A stretch of DNA of 64,000 bases from Massalongia carnosa (taxonomy: Eukaryota): positions 868,001-932,000 of the forward strand of contig OZ287069.1 in the NCBI GenBank assembly GCA_965645245.1, read 5' to 3'. Below, one piece after another: positions 11,314 through 23,774 of this stretch. The position numbers were made by a program, and so were the translations under genes. Each line of letters begins with the position of its first letter. Within the stretch, counting starts at the first letter, position 1. The notes under the pieces were generated by a model. It saw nothing but the letters and a program-made list of their open reading frames with translations. It was not told where the DNA came from and searched no databases.

Positions 11314-12131
11314 AAGTCCTTGATAACGTGCATGATACCCAAAGCACACCCACCATGGTCCGCCCCCCCAGCGCATCTCCGCGAAGTCTCCGTAGCAGCG
11401 TTGGCTCGTCAAAAACAAATGCAGACAATTAAAGCACGACAGCTGAAAGTCTGGAACGACTCGTGGAGCGCATATCAAAATCGCGTCACCGAACCCTCCA
11501 TAGCGCAATCAGTCTCACTGAGCAAAAAACGACTGAAAATACACACGCTGCTAAAAAAGGCAGAAAGCGCCCTGACAACACAGATCCGCACCGGTAAGAT
11601 CGGTCTAGCTGACTTCCTCTACCAGCGACGGGTCCTCGCCGTCACCTCACCGGCCTGCCCATGTGGCTGGCACAGACAAACTCCAGAACACGTAATTATG
11701 TTCTGTAGACTTATTGACAATAGAGAACAGATGTTTCGCGCCGCTGGCACGAACAACTATCAACAGCTAACCGAAAAATCAAAGACTCGAAAGATATTAA
11801 TTGCTTGGCTAATGAAAACAGGTCTATTGATCCAATTCTCACTGGTATCTCCACTATTGTACAATCAACAGTAGTTTCACTTATCTATTCCTTTCCATCT
11901 CACAAGGCGTCACAGTTCTCAGAATATTTTCGCTCTGCGTCTCCTGTCCGACGTCGACCCGGTGTCACATCGGACAGGTATCAAGGGATATGGTTTTTAC
12001 ACCTGAAAAAGGTTTCATAACTTAGATAGCTTTGGGCCGGTGACATATCGAAGTATGATCATCATCAACGTGCATGAGGACGCTAAACCTTAAATTTCGA
12101 AGAACATCAAAACATCTTAATCAATCAATCA
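11314..12131 (+). mobile_element. 5'-truncated non-LTR retrotransposon (Tad1-like LINE): ORF2 C-terminus, 3' UTR and (AATC)n tail
   Basis: ORF 11320-11874 has TQIRTGKIGL..CPCG-x7-HVIMFC, the CCHC knuckle of LINE ORF2. The element ends in AATCAATCAATCA at 12119-12131. The 5' boundary is approximate. Confidence 0.85.
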
Positions 12132-12723
12132 TTACGGAGTATTCAATTGCAAAACAAATGCGACATCGATTTAGTTTAAGAAAAACTTGATATTATCGTA
12201 GATTCAGTGGTTAATTATAATTTAAAACAACATTTACAGATTTTCATCTATAAATCATCAATAAAATCAAACTGCAAGATTTGATTGAAAGAATATGTAT
12301 TGATCTAAAGTTAGCTTAATATCATTAACGCATTCACGGCATTCACGTGGCATTCAAGGACTTTTCGTGTCATCCTTCAAAGTTTCAGGGTTTGCGGAAC
12401 GACGCGCGCCAGTCGACTTTATAGGGCAAGCTACATACGACAGGCGAATCGGGCATAGAGTATGAAACCTTTCTATTAGGTCACGTGATCGAACTCTTAT
12501 CCCATCTGGGGTTGACTCGCGACTCCACATCAACAAATTAAGAATTCCTATGACATACAAATTTACTTAACAGTGAAAGTTTCTAAGCAAGGCTCATATA
12601 AATGGTATTCCTTAGCTCTTCCGAGCGGAAACTAGTCTAGAACCTTCAAGGTCCATCTGTCTCCCTCGACCGAACGGCAGCTTAGGCTGAGTCCATACCT
12701 AGCCTTGTGGCGATGAGAGATAG

Positions 12724-14394
12724 ATGCCTGCTTCTTCAAGGAACCAAGACGAGGGTTCGAGAGGTAAAGGGCAACTGGTAGGGCTTTCCTATGGCTCTGG
12801 TGAAGCTTATTGTAAAGACAATATAGTAGAGACGGTGCATGGCGTGAATGAAGTTGCTCGTCAGAAAAGCCAGCTACCGCAGAGAGCGACGGCAATGCAA
12901 CCTTCCATGCGCCAACGTTCCCTCAAGGATGGAATTTACATAGTTGCTCCTTCTTCTGAAAGTACGAAAGACAGCCTTGGTGGGATCCACTCCAAAACTG
13001 TTGGGGGAAGCCCAGTTTTGATACCAAAGGAACAGCGCAGAAAAGAGTCTTCATCTCGAATAGAGGCGAAGAAATTGCCTCCACCGCTGAAGCCAGAAAG
13101 ATCACTCTCAAAAAAGGGGCAAGGCTTAACAAGTGCTGCTACGCAAACGGGAATTCGCAGATCAGTCTCTGTTAGGCCTGGCAACCATTCAAGTGCCCCA
13201 CACCAAGTGGCATCGCGCGCAGGCTCTTTTTCGAGTCTAATTGTGACGAGTACCGCTAAGTCGGCTCAGAAAATCGTAACGGCTCGGGAAAACCATGAAA
13301 CAAACAGGAGATTTCTATCCATTCCTGATATGCCGTTAAACGAATCAGCTAGAACTGAGCCTCAAGGCCGTGATACTATTCAGATATCTTATGCAAGAAA
13401 CACGTCCAAATCTAACCCCGCTCATGGAAAAGAAGCAATCCCACAGCACGGCAGATTGAAGAGTCGACGGTCCACAAAGGGTGCAAGTACGGACATTTCA
13501 ACAGTGCCATTGATTGAAGAAACTCGCAGGGAGATGCCCACTTTATATTCGCATAGACCACAATTTTCGACCATGCAGCAGCATTTCTCCCCCAAAAAGG
13601 TCGCGAAAGCATCAACTAGCGCCATTCCCACACAATCCACAAAGCTATCAAACATGCCTCACGAAATCTCCCATGAGAACGCTCATATACAGATTGAGTT
13701 GACTCAGTTACACCTGTTACTGAATTCCTCAGCTGAAGTGCACAAACGGTGGGAGCAAAGTGCTGAACGGTGCTTGCAATCTCGCTTTGAACTTCTATGT
13801 CGGAAACATGCTCAGCATAACGATCTTGCGCAAGCTCATCGAGCATTTGTGAACCATCGCTCTATCATGGCTTGGTGTGGAGAAATATCCGCTATCGAAG
13901 TCACCCAAAGACTGCAGCTGCTATGTCACAGTATCCAAGAGGTATCCGCCGAGCTGGATTCTGCGGGTAGACATACGCATATCATTTGTAGCTTCAGGCA
14001 ATGGTTTACGAAAGCCTGTCACATACGAGATTCGCGTAATGAATCCACCGAGGATTTCGGGCAAGATTTCGAATTTGTTGAAAGTATTGGACACAAGTGG
14101 AAAGTTGAAGTTGCGGCCCTAGAGATAAAGTTGGCTTCCTATTCACGAGAGTTACGGAGCCTCGGTAAAATGCAAAGAGGTTCAAACTTAGCCCATCTTG
14201 TCCTCTTATTGCAATCATTGGCGGACAATCTCATAGACGAACTAGCAACAGTGCGTGGAATCGAGAGTGACCTCATGGCTCAGGAATCACTTTGGACTGC
14301 AGCTATGATTGATAACGTTATCTCGAACGTTGATGAGAAGGCTGAGTCGCTGGCCTCTGCCTCGTATCAAGGTATTTGGCATGATACAGCCTAA
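12724..14394 (+). CDS. Hypothetical fungal protein (disordered N-half, helical C-half)
   Basis: 556-aa uninterrupted ORF. The motif FSTMQQHFSPKK precedes a coiled/helical region. Confidence 0.8.
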   Translation: MPASSRNQDEGSRGKGQLVGLSYGSGEAYCKDNIVETVHGVNEVARQKSQLPQRATAMQPSMRQRSLKDGIYIVAPSSESTKDSLGGIHSKTVGGSPVLIPKEQRRKESSSRIEAKKLPPPLKPERSLSKKGQGLTSAATQTGIRRSVSVRPGNHSSAPHQVASRAGSFSSLIVTSTAKSAQKIVTARENHETNRRFLSIPDMPLNESARTEPQGRDTIQISYARNTSKSNPAHGKEAIPQHGRLKSRRSTKGASTDISTVPLIEETRREMPTLYSHRPQFSTMQQHFSPKKVAKASTSAIPTQSTKLSNMPHEISHENAHIQIELTQLHLLLNSSAEVHKRWEQSAERCLQSRFELLCRKHAQHNDLAQAHRAFVNHRSIMAWCGEISAIEVTQRLQLLCHSIQEVSAELDSAGRHTHIICSFRQWFTKACHIRDSRNESTEDFGQDFEFVESIGHKWKVEVAALEIKLASYSRELRSLGKMQRGSNLAHLVLLLQSLADNLIDELATVRGIESDLMAQESLWTAAMIDNVISNVDEKAESLASASYQGIWHDTA

Positions 14395-15742
14395 AGCCAA
14401 CTCTGTCTAGATTGAATCAACGGCATAGTGCCAAGTCCTCATGATCACCTGCGTCCCAGGTGCCGGTCTACCTACATTCGCTCTTCGACAATGTTTAGAA
14501 TAAGAGATTTCAAAGTCAGATATTCATAATTTAGATGCGAAAGGTTACTTGGAAAAGCATTCCTTTGATTATGCTTTTGCGGAGTTTATTGGGATCTTAT
14601 TCCTTCATGAACGTTAAGAAATCAATACGTGTTTGTAGCCTTTTTGTTATATTTGCTTGTGAGATTGCTAGATTTTTCTTGATTACATACACGGCTTCTT
14701 TACTGATGCAGCATTGATCGTTACGTAAATATGACTTTTCTGCTTCGATCTTGACTTAGTCCGTTGAGGGATTATCTCTTCGTGGCTAGTTTCTCATACT
14801 ACTTGCAAGTATTCCAAGCCACAAGTCATCATTACTTCAATCCTCGCTGCTGACTGCATCACGGCGTTCCAAGGCAGATAATCGGCCATGGTTGGTGAAA
14901 CTAACTAATCGATGTGTCAGCACATAGCAGACTTTTCTCTCGCTACCTTTTCTCAGGAAGACCCTGATACCTGATATCATATATTGATACGCTGATCATA
15001 GGTAGACAATTAGTTGTCCTTATCGCTGCTATACAAAATATTACTTCGCTTGTAAGAGCTAACCCATGATCATAGATTTATGTGCATCAGCACGATGCGC
15101 AGCGCCTATTTGCCTATCACGATAGGTAAGACATGCTAGGCAATGGTCAGCATTTCTGTATAAGTTTACATTGTAGGCTCATAGTCAGGCATTACGAATC
15201 AGACTTCCGCTTCTTCGTGCACTCAATGCCGCAGCCTACTGTCATCTTGATGAATGCGGTAACGGCTAAGTCGCCGCGTTGCTTTTGGGGTGCTTCGGCT
15301 TTCCTGATCTCCGGGGCGAGAAGCCATTGACAGCAAGCCAAGCACCATGCCTAGTAAGCTTGAAAATGTCATAAACCAACAAGAATTGAAGGCGATCTAA
15401 TGGCGATCAAAGCGAAACAGAGTATTAACAGGTATGCCAGTTTGACAAGAACGGTGAACCTGCAATAACAGAGCTGTAAATTATGTACTCTGCATAATTG
15501 CGCTTACATTCCCGATATTCGTTACCGCCATAATACTTAGGTGATCTTTGAGATCCCATGCGGCGTTCTAGGTCCAATGAACTTCACCATCTCCTCTACT
15601 TGCAGTAAATACACGCTGGATACATAAAGCCTAGCCGGCATACTGTAAGTTCTGCTGACCGAAGAATAATCCCTAGATTCTCTCCTTATTCTCGCTCCGT
15701 GTTTGGTCTTCTTTGCCATTTTCTAGAGAAGCGTCGTCGGGC

Positions 15743-17452
15743 ATGGCAAATTTTCCGCGCTACCAAGCACAAGGCAGCACACTAGGTCTCTCTCGAATGC
15801 CTACTTTAGTACCTGTTAGCTCTGAAAACGATCAAGGAGGTCAAAATACTGGTAGTGGACTTAACGACCTATCAGGCACGCATAAATCATCCCTGGATGA
15901 AGAAAAAAAATCTTACGAGTGTTCAACAGTAGCAATGAAGTCAAGGCATCGAATCTCTGAAGGCTCAATGGGACCCGCAGTAGCGAATCCAATGTGTCAA
16001 CTCTGCACAGACTTGTATCGACTTATCCACCAAATTTCCCTTGAACTTACCAACTTGCTAGTAAACCTCCATGGTACGATGACGGAGAATCATTTCAAGC
16101 ACTTTGCCAATCTGGTAGTTATGTCCTGAGATGGTTATGTCTGAGCTTAACTGACGTTTCTGGAAACACATTAGGAACTTGAAGGCCAAAAGGATCGGCT
16201 AGACCCAGCTAAGGTTAATCCACATGAACTAGTCATATGGATAAATGATAGCATCGAGTCTACAAAACACATGTTAAGTTCAGTCCAGCTGGAGACCTCA
16301 CATGACACCCTACAGGGCTTTCAATCACGGGACGAGGTGGAATTAAGTCATTTTACCCTCGAATCGAAAAGAAAACCTGGATTTAAAGAGAGGGGCGGCG
16401 GAGGTAAAGTGTCCCCACCATACACCTATGGTTAGTACGCAAACAAAGGATCCTTTGCTACCTACCACTCTGATGAATAACATGCTAGTAAAGGCTTCAA
16501 CCAATCGTCACCTTTAGCATCCCAACCCATAAAATCGTCGACTGGAACGATGTTTATGCCTCAGCGGTTGCATTTGCAAGCTTCTTCAGATGCTCGCGTT
16601 GTACCCCTGTTATCCCCGAAGAATCCGCTAAGTTCTATACTGCTACCAATTGTTCCGTCCTTGGCGGGATCATCAGCGCATCTACAAGATTTGCAGCAAC
16701 AAATTAATACGAGGAGTTTGGCTTTTGATGCTCTTCAGCGCGAGCATCAGAATCTTCTTTTGGCTTTCTCGCGGTCTCAGTCACGAGTTGCAATTCTCGA
16801 TAAGAACGCTGCTGCTTATGAGATCAAGATAAAGGAATTGAATGAGGACCGGGTGGGGTTACAGATACGAGTAGAGGCCTTCGAAGCACAGATGCAGGAG
16901 TTGCAAAAAACCAGAGAAGATGCACATAACCAATCAATCACGAAAGGTGCACAGTACATGAAGATTGTAGCCATGTCCTCGAAGCTTCAAGCTCAAGGGG
17001 CATCAGACTCGCAGAAGTGGAAAGCTGAGCGAGAGCAGTGGGAGCTTGAGACAAAGGCAAATACCACTCGGTTTAGTATACTTGAGAGTGAAAAGCAGGC
17101 GCTGCTCCGTGCACTCGATGGCTCCCAATCTCTAGTGTCACCTCTTACCCATAATCATCCAGCAGCTGCTTCAACAGTTATCGAAAGTGGCGATCCACAT
17201 AGCCCTCAGAGAATCTTATGGGAACAAGCTAGGGAGCTGCAAATCAAATGCACCAAATTGGAGAAAGCGTTGCAGTCGGTCCGCCACGAGAGTAGTAATT
17301 TTGGACAGGCTTTTGCAAGGCTCGGAGCCATTGGTAAGCGCTTACAGGAACACTTACAGATACCACCCGCTCAGATTAATTCTCAGGATCGACTGGACGA
17401 CCTTCATATAGAAAGAGAAGATAGCGTTATGTCAGAAGAGAGAGTTTGGTAG
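15743..17452 (+). CDS. Hypothetical coiled-coil protein, spliced (introns about 16114-16174 and 16430-16493; 5' end uncertain)
   Basis: ORFs 15713-16129 and 16550-17452 can be joined through an open middle exon. Heptad pattern in LQDLQQQINTRSLAFDALQREHQNLL. Confidence 0.65.
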
Positions 17453-17992
17453 TAGGAAAGCAGGCTGACTTGGCTTCCGTTTGGATTTTGGCTGTAGCAT
17501 TTGTAATCCCATAACTCTTTCTGGAAAAGAAAAGAAACAAGCACGTTAGTCAATCGAGAAAGGACTTTAAACGTTAGATACTGTAGGTAAAATTACTATA
17601 CTTTGACCACCTCTTGTAGATCTTAGTTGAGGACCGAGTAGGTTATTAATTAGCATTTAGTTAGGGCTTGATTAGTCATCGCCCAAATACTAGAGTGGCA
17701 CGAATGGTGCGTGCTTTGATCCACCGGATTTAAGCACGCATATAAGGCTGCTTTTGTGGCAATCGATTTCGATAGGCATTTAAATATCTCGACGGAACCA
17801 TGTAGGTTTTACATGTACAACAAGTCTGAGAATCCGGTACAGACACTTTTATTCACCAGCTAATGCCGTTGACCAAGGACGCCGATATCTGATGGAAGCA
17901 AAACCAGTCAAGATTGAGCCCTGGGCTTCCTAGCTTAATACTGTTTGAGCATATCTTAGTCTCAGTCACTGTGAAACTGCAGTATCCTCAGG

Positions 17993-20719
17993 ATGAAATA
18001 CACTTTACAGGATCGTCTTCTAAGACGAGAACTGGGTAATCCATCGAGGTACAGCACCATCAAGGGGCTGTACGGTGACAGAAATTGGATAGACGATCTG
18101 GATATTGTCAATGAGCTGGGCGGACATTCGGGCTGCGTTAACGCTCTCAGGTTTGTCTATATCGCATCTCAGCTCTGTGGTAGACTTTGCTTTTAATGCA
18201 TTGACTGTAGCTGGTCATCCTCTGGAAGACTTTTGGCGTCAGGTAGCGATGATCAGCATCTAAATATTCATTCATACCAACCTGAATCCTCTGTGTCACA
18301 GTTTTCCCTTACCACTACAGTCGCGACTGGCCATACAGCGAATATATTCTCTGTCAAATTCATGCCACAGTCGAACGACCGTACCCTCGTCACCTGTGCT
18401 GGAGATAGCGAGGTTCGAGTGTTTGACATAGAGTACAGCGGCCAGTCGACGATACCCTCCGCGGGCTCCAACCCAGCGTCATCGAGTAGAGTGGCAGGAT
18501 TTAATAATATATACAAAGGGGTAAGGTACTTGAGCTATGGAAATACGAATGCAAGGATATATAGATCACACGCGGATCGTGTAAAACGAATCGTCACCGA
18601 ATCATCTCCCCATTTGTTTCTTACCTGCTCAGAAGACGGAGAGGTCAGCGCAACCTGTTTGCACGGTTTTGTCAAGCATGCTAAAGGATGACGCTAGGTC
18701 CGCCAGTTTGATCTCCGTCTTCCATCTTCAGCCTATCCTGCTCCTAGAGGTGGCCGTGGACTCTTTTCTCATCGGAGAAACCATGACGACTCGAGTGTCC
18801 CACCCCCTTTAATTTCCTACAAGCGATATCACCTCGATCTGAACACTATATCCTGTTCTGCAAGCCAGCCACACTACATTGCGCTCGGAGGGGCTCATTT
18901 ACATTGCTTTCTGCACGATCGAAGAATGCTTGGACGTGATAAATTCGAGGAGCGTGGAAATCTAGGGAGCTACGCCTTTGATGGAAGCATATCGTCACGT
19001 GAAAATGAATTATTAGGACAAGCAACTCAGTGCGTGCGCAAATTTGCGCCACATGGGCGTAAAAGGATGCGAAGGATGGATAACGGTCATATCACCGCTT
19101 GTAGGATCAGCGATGCGAACCCTAACGAAATGATAGTAAGCTGGTCTGGCGATTATATCTATAGTTTCGATCTGGCTAGGACTCCGGATGCAACAGAGTA
19201 TAGTAGAGGGAATCCAGAGAATGTCTTAGGCGGGCATGCCAAGGATAGAATGAGAGAATCCACCGATCGGAAGCGGAAGAGAAACAACCAGAATTCTACA
19301 ACTTCGGCTGATGCCGCAAGTCGAAGCTCCAAGGCTAGACAATTGAGCAAGTCTGCAGCCAATGAGGGGGATCTGTCCATCCGAGTGCGATATGAAAATG
19401 GACAAAGTGAGGATTTAGCTATGGAAGATACTGTGATGTCAGTTCCTTCACCAATCGTCGAGGATGCTAAAGAGTCTATTCTAAGCGAATCACAAAAAAG
19501 GAGCTTACAAATAGCTAAGATCGTGGTTAAGATACGTCGATTGACCTTCTCCCTTGACATCCGGGACCGAGATTCAGCTGCATCTGCTGGTCATGAGCAC
19601 ATTACCCATACCGCCCTGTTTACTTCGATACTAGGCTTTGCCGCTACTTGTCTCCCTGAGATTGATGATATCATCAGTTCTTGGAGATATCCTATAGATC
19701 CGCATAGAGAAGATGTTGTTTTTGAAAAAACGCTGCGAAGTAACCGGGAAGCAACGCGGCGTTTCGTGCAGGCTGCGGGCACATTAGCAAAGCTTCTTGG
19801 GGGGAGATTGCAGACTGCTGGTCGTGGCCGCAGTCATGCTTTGCAGTATTTCCAGCAGCTGGGTCCAGCACCTATTAAGGGACCATACATTACCCAGACG
19901 CAAGTTTTTAGTCATGAATTCCTTAAAGCAATCATCCTTTGGCTTGATGGCGGCACGCAAGCATTGCTGCAGGGATTTAAAAGGCCAGAAAACCAGCGAC
20001 TAAACGATCCTAGGTTTCCGGTCCCTGACGAAGCTCAGGTTTCGGGGATTGATGACTACGTAATTCCATATCTTCTTCGTTTAGCTCAAGGAAACTTTAT
20101 TCCCAACGTGGATGTCTCGAGATTTGGACGAGATGAGGAGAGAAAATTATTCGAAACCGAGACCGCCGCCGTAATCGCCTTCAATCATGCCATCCTCATG
20201 CCGCTAGAAGATCTTTCCAAAGCCGTTACGGCAGTAACACCAAGTCCGAGCGAAAGGCCCTTGTTACGAACTCAACATAGGACGACGGCAATGAATTTTT
20301 GGGGATTCAAGGTGGGACGAAGCATGCTAATGACCACATCAAAGGGTATCAATTTCCAATTTGTTGATACAGCCTTTGGAGGACTTGGAACATGCAAAGT
20401 TGATGAAGGCAGGTTGCAGGAAGACATAAGCCCTGACGAGATTGATGATGTGGTTGAATCTATCGGTGTGGTGAAGCGACCGCCCGATGAATCAGTTGAA
20501 GGGTTGAGTATTGCCGGTAAGGAAGATTCTGTCGCAAGTTTTTCAATTAATGAAGATTTACAACAATCTGGGTCGTGTTCTCCTTCAGTTGAAAGTCGCG
20601 AACCCATCATCGAGGGCGAAGATACTGGATCCGATGCAGATTTTGTTCTCATGGAAGACATACATAATGAAATTGCCCACCATATAGGTGAAGGTTATGA
20701 AGAAAATTATGAAAGCGAT

Positions 20720-20750
<31 letters not shown>

Positions 20751-21716
20751 GCGATAGAGAAGATGACGATGACGATGATGACGAAATCACGGCCGCGGAA
20801 CGACAACTTCTATTTCAATCCGCCTCAGACCGAGGAAAATTGCGAGAATCAGTGGAAAAAGACGTAGCTTGCTCCTCGCATACCCGGCAGTATCGCGGCC
20901 ACTGCAATGTCAAGACCGTCAAAGACGCCAATTTCTTCGGCCTGCAGGATGAGTATGTCGTCAGCGGTAGCGACTCGGGCCATGTGTTCATCTGGGATAA
21001 GAAAACTTCCGAATTGGTTAATATCCTAGAAGGGGACGGGGAGGTTGTCAATGTTGTTCAAGGTACGTCCATTTCGTTTCGCTCCTGACATGTGTTGGAG
21101 GATACGATTTATTGACATACTATCTTAGGCCACCCCTACGAACCCCTCCTCGCCGTGTCTGGTATCGACAGTACCATCAAAATATTCTCCCCAGACGCTC
21201 TCGCGCAATCCAATGCCCGCGAGGGTCTCAACATAGGTAGTGCCTCTAACGATTCCTCTGGATACTCCTGGGCTACACAGCGCCGTCAGCGAGGTGGCCG
21301 TGGGGATGCTCCGAATAGCGGCGAGGAGCACATCAGTGGCCGCGAAGGGCTTTCTAGCTGCAAGCGTATGCAGCAGAGCTATCAGATCATGGCCCAGAAC
21401 GACGTGGAGAGGGTGGGAGGGATGAGGGATGCATTCATCACGGTACGTTTCTACTGTCACCTTAGTGTGCAGACCCTCGTAGTCCAGCTAGTCCCGAATC
21501 TGATCTTTGCTCTCGGGACGAACAGCGAGGGATGTTGGCGCAACTGGCTGCGAGGTTGCAGGCGCGGCATGGAGTGGGGAACGCTGACGAGGACGAGGAG
21601 GGCGTGCCGGCTGTGGTAGACGATAACTGTCAGGTATGGCAAGCATCACAAAATCCGATTATCTCACAAGGGAAAGGAATAGGAGGCATATGCTAACGTT
21701 CATCTAGATCATGTAA
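17993..21716 (+). CDS. WD40-repeat DDB1-CUL4-associated factor (DCAF8/DCAF6/Iqw1-like), multi-exon
   Basis: Motifs LGGHSGCVNAL, SGSDD, GHTANIFSVKF, YRGHCNVKTVK, SGSDSGHVFIWD, HPYEPLLAVSGID. Spliced C-terminus is ..DDNCQIM*. Confidence 0.9.
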
Positions 21717-23774
21717 AGATCCCGTTTGCTCAATGGAGGGGTGGGGCGTTAAGAATTCTTCAAAGTTGGGAGAGGGTTAAGCGGAGAAATGAGGAGTTGA
21801 TGGAGTTAGTTTCTCTATTGTTGCAGCATGAATATCTTAGCTGTAGGAACTCCTCTTCATAGGAAGGTAGCTATCTAAGTCGGCTAACTTACCTGCCTCG
21901 ACGTGAATCTCCAACACCATAGGCAATCCTCCAGGAAAACCCTCGCTCACTCCGAACAAGATGAATCAAAATATGTCCACCCTCGGTTCGTTCCAACGCA
22001 CCGAACTCCAGAAATTACCGGATCGAATCGAAAGTTCCTGTTTGCTAAAAAAAGGCTGCAGATTTTTTGTCTGGGCTTGTTTCCCTCTATTTCGCAGCCC
22101 CGAGTTAGGTAGGTATCTACCTATCTATAGCCACCTCCGGACAATGGGATGGTGTGGGCTAAATCACAGCCGTCAAGGGTCGAGGGAGGGATATTTGTAT
22201 GTACACATATATGCTACACAATATAGCCTAAGTAAGGTAGGGAAGAACATAGGTAGCTAGCCGTTATAGGTTGGTATGCTTGCTTGGTACTTTAGCACTC
22301 CCTTTACCTATCTACCTACCTACCTACCTGCTGATATCCCGCCTAACCCCTAAGACCAGGTATACTAGATACGACATCCTAGTAAGGTACCTAAAGGTTC
22401 TAGTTATCTAAGCTCCATACCTACCAACGAGCTGCCTAGATAGCTACTGCCTCTGGTTCCCTTAACCTAGACGGTTGTAGATATGTAGATCGTAGTACTG
22501 TAGCTGGGCATTTGGGTCTAGGGGGCCTAGGGTACTGTACTGTACCTAGGTTAGTAGGTTAACCGGGTAGGTAGCTGGGTTAGGTACCTTAGTTGGGGAT
22601 GTACGTTATGTACGGAGTAGGTACCCAATGTATAGGGATGATGTCGTCCCCCTCCCCTCCCAGGCCCTGCACCCACTTTCCCGGTATGTACTTACCCCTG
22701 TTAGGTATGTAGGCCCAGATTTCAAATCAATTTACATCACATCACATCCCGTCACGGGGAAGGAAGCCTGGGAGAAGGGAATGAACGAACTAGAGACCAT
22801 GGAGGGCTAACCGATTGACGGATGACAAAAGGCGGATGACGGTGTTCGGGAAGGGAGATGAATGATCTCATTTCTATTCCACTTCACTTCACTTCACCTC
22901 GTTGTATGTACCTCAAACACCTACCTACATAACCTATTTCTTCGCTCTTGCCCATATTCCTGCTCACTCTCCCCTTGCCATGTCTATCCCTCTAGCCCAA
23001 GCAACTAGCCAGTTTTCTTCCTTGCTGTACGGTTGATTGATTGGCCGATCTTCTCTTTATTTTTTATTTTTTTCAAAAAAGAGATAGGAGACATAGGATG
23101 GGGAGGTAAGGTAGGTAGGGAAGGGAAGGGGAGGTGTGAGATGAGAGAACCGCAGGCGGGCGAAGGAACGGGCAAGAAGGGGTTCAATTACCATCCTTCC
23201 CCTCTAAGGAAATCCTCAAGATAATGAAGATTAAGAGGAAGAAGAGAAGGAGAAATGCCGAAGAGATATCGGGAAATCCGGAGGGAAAGACCTCCTCGCC
23301 GTTGTCAAAGAGAAATAAAGAGCCATCATAACTTTGTGAAACGTCATTGCCTATCACTGAAGATACCTACTTGACGTACACGAGGTACGTCCCCAATTAG
23401 AAAAGCTACAAGAGAAGAAGGAACGATAGGCTGATCGGTTCGTACAGAAAGCCCCGCCTTACATACCTGATTTTTCAGTGACAGCTCGAATACAGCCCCC
23501 CTAACCCCAATGAATATGAGTACGTAACATATCGTACGGACCGGGAAGGCTTCCTTAAAAAGGTTTGATAGAAGAAAAAAGACCACAACCTGATTAGAAT
23601 ATTCTCTTTCGTCGCCCTTCGTCACCCTGCGTTTCGTTGCCCCTTCCCATCCGCGGAAATGGAAATTTTTTCTCGAAAGTTATGATCCGCTATTTAGTCA
23701 ATTTGCATGTGTATTTGTTCTTTTCCTTGCACAAGGAAGCAAGCTTATCAGAAAGAAGAAGTTAAATATGGATT

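Noticed and set aside
10879..12140. TACGGAGT direct repeats as the LINE target-site duplication
   Set aside because: The motif recurs elsewhere in the window, and 10887-11310 shows no LINE coding similarity.
15248..15306. Box C/D-like TGATGA..CTGA
   Set aside because: No terminal stem and no recognisable rRNA guide.
21885..22105. U1 snRNA-like ACTTACCTG plus an Sm-like ATTTTTTG
   Set aside because: There is no U1-70K or U1A loop. It is better explained as a minus-strand CAG|GTAAGT donor or by chance.
22340..22355. Telomere-like CCTAACCCCTAA
   Set aside because: Fewer than two perfect units inside low-complexity DNA.
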